Shown one piece after another: positions 35,401-47,310 of a stretch of DNA of 64,000 bases. This DNA is from Pelomyxa schiedti. Taxonomy: Eukaryota; Protista; Evosea. The notes beneath the pieces were generated by a model. The model had not been told where the DNA came from, made no database searches, and saw only the letters and a program-made list of their open reading frames with translations. The position numbers and the translations under genes were made by a program. The stretch covers positions 1-64,000 of the forward strand of contig JAHLWZ010000346.1 of NCBI GenBank assembly GCA_020536535.1, given 5' to 3'. Position 1 is the first letter of the stretch. The number at the start of each line of letters is the position of its first letter.

Positions 35401-36002
35401 TTTTCAAGCTTAGCTCCGAAGAAATTGCTCAGAGAGAGCTCCACATAAACAGTTTCACTTAAAGCAGGGAAACCACTCAAACGCAGGACATCTTCGCCAC
35501 AAGTTATTGCGTTTGCATCCCCATCTCCATTCAATGAGCAAGCTCCAGTAGACACCAAAGACAGGCCAATCTTTCTCCACGCTTCATCCTGATCTCGCAA
35601 GCACAAAGTGAGCATTAAACTCAGCGCCCATTGCGACGTCCTCGCCATATCCACCAATTTGCGCCTATCACTTTCACTCAGTTTGGTAAATGACGTCACC
35701 TCCTCAATCGCGTCGCGCTTCCCACTTTCACCATCTCTCACCAAACATGTCTTGATCAAATCTGCACAAAACTTCTCATCGCCGGTGCACTCGTGGTGAG
35801 ACAGCCGCTCAAAAAACCGAGATCTAGACAGTGCGGCCTGCCTGTTTTTCCACAGTGGTTGATATCGTGCATCGTGAAGCCTGTTGTCGAAGTAACTACG
35901 TAACGGTGCGAAGTACTCCGCAACCAACGATTCGCCCTTTTTTTTTAAGCAAAAAAAAATTTAGCACAGAACAATCAGTGTAAGGAAAATCAGAGATACC
36001 AT
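29430..36002 (-). CDS. About 2154-aa pentapeptide-repeat + tankyrase-like PARP + TPR + kinase-like + LRR + HEAT/ARM protein (3 exons)
   Basis: ATG at 36002-36000 is followed directly by an intron (35999-35937). Exon 35936-34973 carries A(D/N)LxX pentapeptide repeats. A 45-nt phase-1 GT-AG intron (34972-34928) joins it in frame to the 1799-aa ORF. PARP motifs: LLHGT, GKGIYCSD..SKVSTY, CPECLQNDCSC, LLCRVVLG, SNEF...QIYPEFCIFY. Confidence 0.85.
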
Positions 36003-36634
36003 CTCTGTGGGTGTTGTGTTATTTGGTTTTTTTTTAATTAATTAATTCCTGGGACCTATCTGTGTCTACTGGGGGAAAAAAAAAGCTCCATAGACCCCAC
36101 ACACGCCAAAATTTTGTTTGGGGATTATTCGGGTGCAACTCCGGTCTTCCGTGCTTCTTTGAATTTCCAATTTGTATCCCAGATCCGGACACCCAATGGA
36201 TCTGGAGTTTTTGGTCTGGAAGCTCACCACCATGTGTGAGGTGTTGTTTTCATCAGCCGCAAACGAGTACCAGCAGTGGCTGGAGGACTCACATGTGGAT
36301 TGACATCCCAGACTCAGAACTACTATGGTTGGAGGGGTTGACATCTCTTCCCTGATCTCCCCGAGTTGATTATTACGGAGCTGCCGCGAATGGACAATCT
36401 TCCATGGACGGGTGGATAATATAGATCCAGCCTAAAAACATTCTGTGGAGAGCAGCAGACACAGCGAATGAACCCCTGTCCATCGTACTAACAAGGCTGA
36501 TATCCCAAAATGGCAGTAAACAGTTTTAAAAGAATTGCAATCCCCAAAAAACAGAAGAAACAAAAAAACCGACCTATCTCTATCCAACACACCACAACAA
36601 CTACGATTCCACAGGCGATAACAATACCAACAAA

Positions 36635-38242
36635 ATGGGCATTGTAACGGTAATTATAGGCCTTTTGTACATCGGCAGTACTGAGGATGCCAACGCCGAA
36701 AAACAAACACACCAGTGCAATCCGCAGAGATACCTCTCCGTCGGAGCATCGTCTTCTCCTTCCTCTTCTTCCCACCCTCACAAGAGAAGAAATTCAGGCT
36801 CACCAACGTCGTCTTCACCAGAAGGGCCAGAGTCACACCAAATTCTGCTCCCAGCCCCAACCACTTCCAGTTTTATTGACACAAAATCCTCCAGGGAAAC
36901 AGTGCCCATTCCCAAAATCGTTCTCCCTCCTCCCAGTAATTCCGGGTCTCAGTCGCCTTCTCAGCCCAGGACCCCAAGGTTGATGAAACTAAACAACAAT
37001 TTGGGCGGCAGTTGTCCCACAATCAACCGCGTGGGCGGTGCCTTTCTCAACCCCGAGAGTTGGGGCTCGCCGACGACCTCGCCGCTTTCGTCTCCCTTGC
37101 TTTCCTGCTCCCCGCCCTCGCCAAATGCCTTGTTCTCATTGGGGAATTCGCCCAAGCTGTCGGCTTCCGCTCTTCCTCCCCTCGTTTCCGCCGATTCCAC
37201 GTCGTCTCATTCCACCTCCCCGTCGCCTTCCACTTACTCCTCCTCGTTTTCATGTTCGCCCACCTCGACTTCCTCGTCTGTGGCCTTGCCGCCTTCCGCT
37301 GCCAGCCCCCCCAACTTGCTGTTCGAAGCCCTGCAGGAGTGCTTCAACTACATTGATTATGGGAACGCTCCGCGAAGCTGCCCCGAGCGAGGCCGCACCA
37401 GGTCTTTGTCACAGCCAAGGGCCGAGACAGGGACCCCCACCCGCCCAGCTGGAACACTTGTTCATTGTTCTACTGGAACCATTCACTCAGTGGTTGTGGC
37501 TCTTGGGTATCTCGTTGCTGTTCGCCACTATGACTTACGCGCAGCTGCCATGCATATCCTTTACGGAGGGATAAAACCTCAGATTCCAGTTTCGTACTTG
37601 TATCAGGTAGATACATGAGTTTTACCATAAATACAAGTTTCGTAAAACATGTATTAACCATAAATACAAATTTCGTAAAATCTGAGGCCAAACCAACTAC
37701 AGTTGCTCGATCTTGAGAAACGCACGCTCCGTAAGAACTCAACCACAATTACATGGCTCCGTGAATATTTCTGTCAGAGCTATCAAGAGCTCCCCCCAAT
37801 CCACGCCTCACTCCGCCCCGCATGCACCACCACCGCCATTCACTCAGAGGAATCCCATAAACAGGACTCCTCTCCACTAAGCTCCCCTCCCATATTCCCA
37901 TCACCCGGCTCAGCCTTCTCCATTCCCTGCCCCTCTCCATTCCACCTCCCCCCCCTCAGCCCCTCGTCCTCCACAACCACTACCCCCACTTCCTCCCCCC
38001 TCAACACTTACAGGAAAGGCAAGAAGATTCCCACCCTCCCGGCTCTGGGAGGATGCCTAGCTCCTGGCGGGGACTCCTATAGGCCCCCTACTCCTCATCC
38101 TAACCAAATGACCCAAATCCAACAACTGTCTCTACTTATGCTAGCTACTGGGAGCTCACCTACCAGCACTACTACAACTCCTTCCAGGAATGGTAACACA
38201 CCCTCTCCGCTTTTGCAGCTGGGGAATCTTAGTGGATTTTGA
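36635..38242 (+). CDS. Dual-specificity phosphatase-like protein with altered CX5R motif, S/P-rich
   Basis: LFEALQECFNYID...TLVHCSTGTIHSVVVALGYLVAVRHYDLRAAAMHIL...PQIPVSYLYQ|LLDLEK follows the DSP catalytic half (VHCxxGxxRS...AYLM...L..A...P...F..QL..YE). Confidence 0.65.
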
Positions 38243-38509
38243 CTTCCTAGAACCTGAGCTTGACTGGCTTTGGGGCTACTAGCCAATCCCTACAGCACAG
38301 TCACCAAAGTTTTGGTTGTTTTTGTGTATTTTTTTCCTACTAATAAAGAGAATTCTATCGGCAAATTGTATTTGTTTTTTTTTGTTGCTCGGTTGTTTGC
38401 AATTTTAATTGTGAACAACTTGCACACAAGAAGGAAGCCTTCTGGGTGAGGGGGTTCTACAGTAGTCAAGGATATAAGCAAAATACTATGGTTCAGCTGG
38501 CAGTTATGC

Positions 38510-39290
38510 TCACTCTGCCTCGACAGGGGTCTTCCTCTTGGCAACTTTGACTTTCTGCCTGATAGCGGTTTTTGGTACAGTTGCCGGTGGTGTGAAGAAG
38601 GATGACGGGGTGAGTTCCTCAGAAGGTGGAGTGAAGGAGTGCGCAATTGCAAGGGCTCGTGCGACTCTCTTCTGTTTTTCGGCTTCTCTTTCAGCTGCCT
38701 CGCGTTCTTCGCGCATTTTGATAAGAGGCACATCTGGAGGAAGGAGAAGGTGCTCATGCTTTTTAATTTCTGCAAGAATAGCTGGTTTTTTTATTCTGGC
38801 CGCATCTGCCATTCTATCGATAAAGTTAGTGAGGTTGCAAGAATAAAGGTGCTCAGTGCACGCACCGCTTTTCATAGAAAGCTTGTTCTCGCCTCTCCTT
38901 AATGGCTTGTATCCTCCGCATAGCAAGCAGAGTTTTTGCAAAAAGTTCTCGATTGTATTTAACCGGTCTATTTCTTACTTTCTCAAACTCGAAAGTTGTA
39001 TCCTATTCCAGCATTAATGAATGATTTTTATCAACCCAAACAAAACAAACCAAAACACTACAAAAAATTTAGTCCAGTTAGATGGACAACAAATTACCAT
39101 TGACATCTTTGTTGTGGGACTTGCGGTAGGCCTTTGTCCAGGGTCTGTTGAGTGGGTTGTGCCTCATGTGGAAGTGCTTCCTGCACTTGCTGGCACAAAA
39201 CCGGAACACCTTCGCGTCGTTGCGCACAAACACTGACCCGTGCCCTGGGTATATCGGGCACCCGCAGAAAAAGCACTTCTCAATACGCAT
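38510..39290 (-). CDS. RLP24: Ribosome biogenesis protein RLP24 (L24e family)
   Basis: [36 protein letters not shown]...[10 protein letters not shown]; downstream exon [34 protein letters not shown] is typical of RLP24 rather than cytosolic RPL24. Confidence 0.92.
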
Positions 39291-39301
39291 CCCTTACTTC
39301 C

Positions 39302-40130
39302 TTAGCTCGTTAGGTTTTTCGCGTTCCCAACCAACAACTTTCGCCCCGCGTGGCCTCGCGTGCTGTGGTACCGAAATGAGATTAATATTGGGAACCGTGC
39401 AACTGCAGGTTTGATTAAAAAATTTTTTTTCCTTTCGCGCGTATTTGCGTAAAAGGGTCTTTGATTAATCAAAGACGGTGAGCTGGGTGGATTCTGGGGT
39501 TGTAGTGTGGGAGGGAGTGATGAGGTGAGAGAGGGACTGGCGTATTGGTGTTGGTAGCTCTCTTTTTGGCTTCGGGGTGAATGGGGTTTGGTGCTGGGAG
39601 AGGGATAGCAACGAGGGGCACTCTCTTGTAATTGGGGGCTGAGTGCACCTGTATTTTCATTTGAGAAAACGCGGCAGTGAATGGAAACATACTGGAGCCG
39701 CAGTTGGTGAATTTCGTTGGAAATTACAGAGAGCAAGTTCGCTTCTAATAGAGAATAAGAGCTTACTATTCTGTCCTCAAACTGTGTTTCAAGCTTTGTT
39801 TCAAGATTTTGTAGTTTCATGTCTGTGCACTCATCAATCTGATTTCTGGATGTGGTGTGAGGAGAGGAAGAGACGGGTGGTGCTACCTAGTTGCATCCAG
39901 TACAGTAGAAAGTTTCTCATCCAAAGTATCATCTACCAACTTGCCAATTTCGCCAATTTCCTTCATTCAGTCATAAGATATTTCTTCTTTGGTGAACACA
40001 CAGGACTGCTTGTCCTTACTTTGCTCAAGTCCACATCGCGTTCATTCCTATGTACGCCTTCGAACGGAGTTGTATTCATTGTATTTTTGAGGAGTAAACA
40101 GAGACCGTATGTGTAGTGCTTCAACATGGC
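39302..40130 (-). CDS. Hypothetical multi-exon protein, short coiled-coil plus P/S-rich tail
   Basis: Exon-like frames EIGEIGKLVDDTLDEKLSTVLDA, IDECTDMKLQNLETKLETQFEDRI and a Pro/Ser-rich end. The 5' end is unresolved. Confidence 0.45.
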
Positions 40131-40661
40131 TCCTGCACCAACAATAAAAACGACTGGAGACACATGAGCTCTCAAGTACGTATGGTTGCATGAGAAATAA
40201 TATATAGGGCAATCAAAACGCTGAAGCAGAGTGGAACAAAAATGTAGCCATGGTCGGCAATGCAACTGACAATGCGGCAGTGTGCGGCACGCCCGAGAAC
40301 ACGGCGAGAAATGTAGGAAAAAAAGGCCGAAGCGCAAAACGCAGTCCATATAGTAAACACAGCACTCGCGATGGTAGTGAGTCCCGCACCCCGCACGTGC
40401 AACCACATGAGTGATTATAAGCTGTGTTTGTGCAACAAAACCCCACGTAGATCCACATGAGGAAGCAAATCTACTTTGCCGGGCAATGATGCCACCCCGC
40501 ATCCAACAGTCTTCATTTTCAAAAGACGGGTGACATCGCACAGCCAATCAATTTGCGCGTTTCTTGGAATTCAAGTTGAAGAGAAAAAACCACCGACGTG
40601 ATGGTAGCGGATTCGGGATTTTTTCTCTCTTTTCGAAAAACCTCCGAATCGTTGTGCAACA

Positions 40662-43600
40662 ATGTCGGGCGCAAAGGACTCTCATTGGTTTTTCAAACGC
40701 ACAGAGAAGGACAAGGACAAGTCCAAGGCTGCCACTACAGACGCGGCAGCGCCCCCCACCAGCCCCAGGCGTGCCCCTTCCCCGGCCGCCACCCCCAGCA
40801 CCCCCTCCCCGTCCCCCTCCTCCTCCTCCTCTTCCTCTTCGTCCACGCCGCCCCTGGCTCCCCTCAGCACCGCCGCCGCCGCCGCCGCCACCACCGCGTC
40901 GCCCTCCCCCTCGCTGCCGCCGTCGCCCAGCACGGTGGCGCTGCCCCCGGGGGTGGCCGCGGCCATGGCGGCGGTGATGGCGGCGGCGCCCAAGGTGGTG
41001 TCGGCCACGCCGGTGATACCCAGCGGGCTGGAGTCGGCCGCCCTGGCCGTGGCGTCCCTGGCCTCCCTGCCCGCCGCCGTTGCCGAGACCATCGTCGCGG
41101 ACGCCGCCGCTGGTGGCGGGGGTCCGGCTTCCCGTACGTTGTGTGTTTGTGTTTGTGTTTGTACTATTGTGGGATTATGTTGTTTATGTTGGTTGGATTT
41201 CCATGAGGGTGAACTTTTTGTTCTTGAATAACTTTGATCAGTTATTGGATCAAGCTTGTCATCTTTCCAGGCTAGTTTCCAAAGATTTTTCGTAACTGCT
41301 AATACAGAGGGGAAATTTTTTTTTTTAGAAGAGCCCAGGAAAACTGGCTGCTGAAAAGATGACCCCATTCCTTGGTGTTGTGGTTTCAGATGTATGCATT
41401 CGTGTCTCATTTTTTCGTCACCTTCAACTGTGTTATTTTTAGAGTGCTAGACCTGTCCAATTCGAATCTATATTGCAGGCCTCTATTCAGTCGAAAACAA
41501 AAGAGGTAGATTGGAAACCTATTTTGCCTTCTTTGGTTCATGCCTCTTTTAGATAGCAAGATTAAATGAAATTTTGAAGGCTTCAGAACTGCAAGTAGCC
41601 AATTTAAAGAGCAAACTAGCAATGTATGAAAGCTTAGTTGAGAGAAACAGTGAGGAGAAACAAAGCCACACTCCTGATAAGAATGATAAGCATCATCACA
41701 GACACTCGCATCATCATGTATCCAGGCACTTCGGTTACTGCACATTAATTTGGTATAGAGGAAAGTCAGTGCTCCCGAGCTTGTCACTGCCATCAATAAC
41801 GTTGCTGCAAAGAAAGGGATTCCTGTGCATCTCAGAGACAATAGCAAGTGGAAAGGAGTAAACAAGCGCTTCGTTCAATCGGTGGAGGTGAGTAGTTGTC
41901 AAATTGTTGTCCGTTGGAAAACTGCTGAATAGGCTCCAAACACTTTTGAATCGCCAGAGGATTACATTTCACTTCTTCTTTCTGCTCGTTCATCATCTTC
42001 ACGTGATATATTTGCTTTCAAACGTGCTGTCATCAGTGCAAAAAAGTCTCACTCTCTCCTGTGTACTTTCTCTTCTCCAACACTCCTTTTCAGGCAGTGG
42101 AAAATGGATTTTATTGAAAAAGGAGGATTGGCAGCTATTGCTCATGCTGCAAACGTTCTTGAAAAAGAAGCAACAGGGTAATAATAAAGAAGCCGTGGCA
42201 CGAATCCAATTAACCTCAATCTTTGCACAGGAAATTCAACATGAGAGAAATTGTTTGTCAGTGTTCTCTCGTTTTGACACTGAAAGCTTTACTTCAATCA
42301 GAGGTTTTAAGAGCAATCACCCTCTATTATGCTCCTACTAATCTCCATATGACAGTCGGGCTTAGAGGCAATTATTTCCACCTCCGACAGTTCAGCTCTC
42401 TTCAAGTTGCTTGTACTAATGCAACACACAAAAAATCTTATTATGAGGATGGAGCTCCTTCAACTGTTTTCTGCATTGTGTCTGTATTCCTCAGCTGGAA
42501 GAAGGTTTGACTATTCTTACAATTCCAATTTATATTAAGGTAAAACAAAAAGGCTTATCATTGAAGGGGTTACAACATCTTCAGAAAGACTAAGTTCTCC
42601 AGTGGCTTCAAATAGATTTTCCTTTCTGTGCAAGTGGCTTTCTGATGATTTGAATGATTGGAAATCTATTGTGAGTTGCACTCTTTTCTTCTTTTTTAGA
42701 TTCTATTTAGTGATAATATGCAGGATGCGGTGCTATTTCTTGTGAATTCCTTGATAAATTCGCCTTCAACTGTCCACGAGAGAGATGCTATTCGTTCTGA
42801 GTTTGTTGGACTGTATTTGCCAGTCACTTTACAGGTTTTCTTCATTAATCGAATTTTAAATTCGTCTCAACTGTGGGAAAAAAGATTTTACGAAAAAAGG
42901 CTGACCATGATCAGAGCCTTATTACTTTAAGACAGATAGATGCGTTTTTCGAAGAGATGGACAATGACACAAAAAAACTGGAAGAAGAAAGAAGCAGGCC
43001 AGAAGAAAAATATAAACAGTAAATCTTCTATTTATACTTCATAATGTTCAAATTTCCTCAAGAGAAATGCGGAAAGAAGCAGAACAAGTAATGGTTGCCT
43101 TGATAAATTCTCCCAGTGAGAAAGCCACTCAAGTTCTGAAACGAATGGCCATTGTAACACAGAAGCCAGAGTGTGCCATCCTTTCCCGTGCTTCTTTTTT
43201 TGCTTAAATCTTCAAGTTGGTCATGGGAGACGTTTGATATGGCTCTTGTTGCAGTTGGCTCAGGCGAATCATCCAAACAGATTCCAAGTAGTGGGAGTAA
43301 AACGATCGAGCCTGCACCCTCAAGTGCAACTCCAGCAGCCACAGAGGATGCACCACCACCTATCCCAATGTTACGAAGACGGCGCCAAGCACCTCCTGAA
43401 ACAGCTGAGGTATCCCAAACTTCACCAACTCCAGCAGACACCACAACACCCTTACCTTCCAGTACGGAATCAAAAAGTGGTACCACTGAACCTCCTAATC
43501 CACAACAACAACCTTCAGCCCCCCCACCTGAGGCACCACCCGCTCCGAATGCTCCTCCTCCGCCACCGCCTCCCGATGCTCCCCCACCTCCTGGGGCCCC

Positions 43601-45874
43601 ACCTCCCCCAGGAGCCCCACCTCCACCTGGTCTGGGCCGAGGACGAGGCAGAGGAAGAGGGGGAGGGAAGCCCGTCCTCAGAGGTATCCTCCAAAAGAAA
43701 TTAATTGAATTTCACTGTATTGGTAGAGTACAAAGGACCTGTTCCAACAGTTAAAGTCAAGACCTTTTTCGTAAGCAAAAGCTCCATCTCCTTCGTGACT
43801 TATGATCTCCAAGTGGGAAAAAATTCCAGATATTCCTCAGAAAGCTGAAGCCACAATATGGCTAAAAAAAGGGCTGGCTGATTCCATGGTATCTTCGCAT
43901 CTGTGACAAAACAAAACAAAAATAAACAAAAAAGAATGAGATGAACAGGGTTTTTCTGAGATAACGTTTGCCACAGGTTGAAGTTCCTCACGAAGAACTG
44001 GAACAACTGTTTGCATCAGCACCCAAGAAGACAGGGCCTGCCACCAAGGCGGACGAAAAACCAAAACAAGTTGCCCTTTTGGCTCCAAAGCGGTCACAGG
44101 ATGTTGCAATTGGGCTCAATAGATTCAAAGTGACCAACTTTGATGATTTATTGAACTCTGTCTATGAATTCCCGTGTCCTCTTAGCAATGATGACTTTGA
44201 GGCTTTATTGGCTGTTCAACCAACTCCTCAGGATGTAAGTTCAAGTTCACATTCTCTTCCTCTCCCTCAATTTTCTTTTCCCACAGATTGAAGCTGTCAA
44301 GCCATATACAGAAGGCATAGAAATGCTGCCCAAAGCAGAAAGATTTTTCTTGACGGTTTTTTTCTTCCTTCTGGGGGAACCTAAGCCAGCACTTTCTTAT
44401 TGTAGAATGCAACGAACAGGTAATGAAATCCAGTCACCTTGTAGAATCGATCAAGTTGCAAATATTTCGCTCAGAGTTTGAGCATAAAGCCAATTCAGTT
44501 TCTAATGTATTTACCAACACTTTTTAACTCTAGTAAAAATAATAAATCCACTTCCACTTGTTTTAAATATTTTAAAGAAAATACATGCCTTTGAAGATGC
44601 GGTTCTACAATTGACTGACAACAATTGCCTCGAATTCATTTTCCGGGTTCTGATCCCTCCTCCATTCGCTTTGTTTTTCCCTTTGTTGTGCATAACACTG
44701 AGGGTTGCAGGTCGTACTGGCTGTGGGTAACTTTTTAAACCACGGAACACCACAAGGCAGTGCTCCAGGATTCAAGTTGGACACCCTCTTGAAGGTAACT
44801 TTGTTTTCTGGGGGAGAATACTAGTAATGCCCACCTTAGCTCTCAGACCTTCGTTCTACATCTCAAACCAAGATATCTCTTCTTCATTTCGTGATCAGAA
44901 TTGTGGAAGAGAAGCATCCCGATCTTTTGAAGCTGAGAGATAGTTTGAGTTCCCTGGAATTGGCAGTTAAAAGTGGGTAACCGTATCTTGCAACAAAATT
45001 TGGCTAATGATGGCTCCAAATACACAACAACTTCCAGTAAAATACGGAGAGGTTGTGACAGATGTTGCCAAATTGATCGGCGAAGTCCGCATATCCAAGA
45101 GAATGTTGGAGAGCCACACAAAACCCAATTTTGTCACAGCAATGATGGTACATTCATTTTCTACCAATTATATCCTTCATTCTCAAGTTGATAAAATGAC
45201 ATCATTCACTCAACAAACAGCCTTTCATTGAGTCAGCTGAGGTGGAATCCGCCCGGATTGACGCCTTCATGAAATCTACAACAGGAAAGTACACGGAGCT
45301 TCTCACCAGCTACGGGGAAGAAAACAACAGCAAACCTGAGCATTTTGATGCCTTTTTACTTGTTGTGAACAATTTCACAACTCTGTGGACCGTGTGTTCC
45401 TCCAAACTTTTTAAAAAAAAATCTAAAAATACACACAGAAAACCCATGATCAAATTCTCCTGGATAGGATGATCGCCCTCAAAAAGAAAGAAAAAGAATC
45501 CGCGGTTTGTGTCCGCTCTAAAAACCTAGACTTCATTCACAACCCGACGCCACACCCATAATAGCATTCTGTATAACATTCAATTACAACCACTTCCACA
45601 GGCACTTGAGAAAGCAGCAACCAAAGGCCGGACCTCAGGCAAAAGCACAACAGCGAAAACATCACTGGGCAAGGAATCACACTGCATGGTGGACACACTC
45701 ATGGACAACATCAAATCGGGCAACTTCAGGCTCGCACACATTGAGGCCCCAGCGGAGAGACCAAGGCCCATGGTTCAAGGAAACAAAATAAAGAGAGTTC
45801 CACAGCCTGGAATCGACGAGGTGCTCGATGACACAACTCCCCATCAAACAGTCACCCCCAATCCCAACAGCTGA
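40662..45874 (+). CDS. Diaphanous-type formin (GBD/FH3, FH1, FH2, DAD-like)
   Basis: FH1 poly-Pro PPPPPPDAPPPPGAPPPPG; FH2 motifs EELEQLFAS, LLAPKRSQDVAIGLNRFK and NFLNHG..QGSAPGFKLDTLLK; C-terminal MVDTLMDNIKSGNFR (DAD-like). Confidence 0.9.
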
Positions 45875-46799
45875 ACAAGTAAAAAACAAATTCCAGCAAC
45901 AGAGAATAAAAAAAAAAAGGATCCAACAGGTGGCAAAGAAATTGGTTGAGATGGAGACCGGGAATTGGGGCCTGCAACCAAGACAAATTGGCCAAGAAAC
46001 AAGGAGGAACTACGACAGGGAGTGCGTGGCTGCGCTGTGGGGCCTGTGCGCCGGCGGCGGCCTGTAGCTGGACCAGGAGCTCGTCGAAGGCGTGTATGCT
46101 GGGCACGGTGGCTGTGGTGGTGGTGGTGGTGAGGGACGGGGTCGTTGCGTCCCTCACATCCCATGCTAGTCGCAATTACAATTACAATTTCGAATACAAT
46201 GGCACATCCACTTCCAACACTAGCCTCCAATCTCACAAGCACCACGGCTTCTTCAACTTCCACTTCCACTTGGTCAGCTCACCCAAGTAACACCAACCCA
46301 TGGCAGTTGTCAAACCCACAACTTATCCGAGATAGTACTGTGGGGAACAGCCACTGTTCCCAAAAAGCTGTTGAAACCGATTCCGCTGGGAGAGGGGCAG
46401 GATACCAGTAGGAGTGCCAAGACTGAGGAGAGCAAAGAAGGAAGTGTGCATAGAGACAGGAGTGCAGATAGAGGAACAAGTACGAGCAAGAGCCACTGAA
46501 GCACCGCCAAGGTCACTGAGTCCACTCTCACAGCCCCACTTCATCCCGTTCTACCTCCGCTTCCGGATCCCCTCCTGAAGATAGGGTCATAGAAACAGGG
46601 GCTGACTTTTGTCTACACTTAACAGCTCCATACACAAACTCCAAGACTACAACTTGTACTTCTATTCAAAGTTCTTCAAAACCTTGACACCCAGCTTGTA
46701 CCAACGTGAAAAAAAATGCAAAACCCAAGCTTCACAAAAAGTTTCTTTTTTTTTTTCACTTCGGGGGATTGGCATTCAGCTTGTTATGCTTTGGCTACT

Positions 46800-47310
46800 G
46801 TGACTCTGAGACCAATGTCGGCCTTGACAAGGTTGAGTAATAGGCATGCTCCCAGACAGTCACTCATGTCATGATGGGGCAGCCAGCTCCTACAATGGCG
46901 GTTAAGAATACATAAAAGTAGTATGGGAGTTGGTATACCTTTCTTAAGAGGGTTACCGGCACGAGACAATTTCCGGCTTGCCGGCATCATTGAGCAACAA
47001 CCAGACCCAGACACCACTTCCAAAGTGTCGGAGTGCCGACCGAGCGGTCTCAGATAACTTTCTCTTGAACTCGGCGGAGGAGCCAAAGTCTCGGTCAGTA
47101 AGTGCCGCAAAGGGGGGGGGGCGGGTCGCTTGCGGTTGCCAGTGGGTGGGGCCATTGACAACCAGAACATGTTGTGGTTACGAAAGTGAATGGGACGGTA
47201 TACCTGAGCGTCATTGTTGAGGCTCGGTGTCCCGACTGCGTAATTCGCAAGGGTCATAGACGCCTCGGGCTTGTCGCGAGTCAGGTCATTCAACTTTGTG
47301 GCATAGCCCT
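46800..47310 (-). pseudogene. sod: Fe/Mn superoxide dismutase pseudogene
   Basis: Fragments across frames: GYATKLNDL, LNNDAQV..NHNMFWLSMAP, RDFGSSAEFKRKL...FGSGVWVWL, and PIMT*..(D)VWEHAYY. There are in-frame stops and frameshifts, and one apparent intron remnant. Confidence 0.8.

Noticed and set aside
34932-35927. Stand-alone pentapeptide-repeat gene
   Set aside because: A canonical in-frame intron joins it to the downstream PARP ORF, and the apparent stop lies inside that intron.
36062-36480. Small ORFs between the PARP giant and the phosphatase-like gene
   Set aside because: No family motif or convincing start; left unannotated.
37625-37682. Tandem duplication of about 33 bp (ACCATAAATACAA.TTTCGTAAAA)
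   Set aside because: It lies wholly within an intron of the phosphatase-like gene and is an ordinary local duplication.
45844-46560. GC-rich overlapping ORFs downstream of the formin
   Set aside because: No recognisable motif, stops in all extended frames, and the strand could not be determined.
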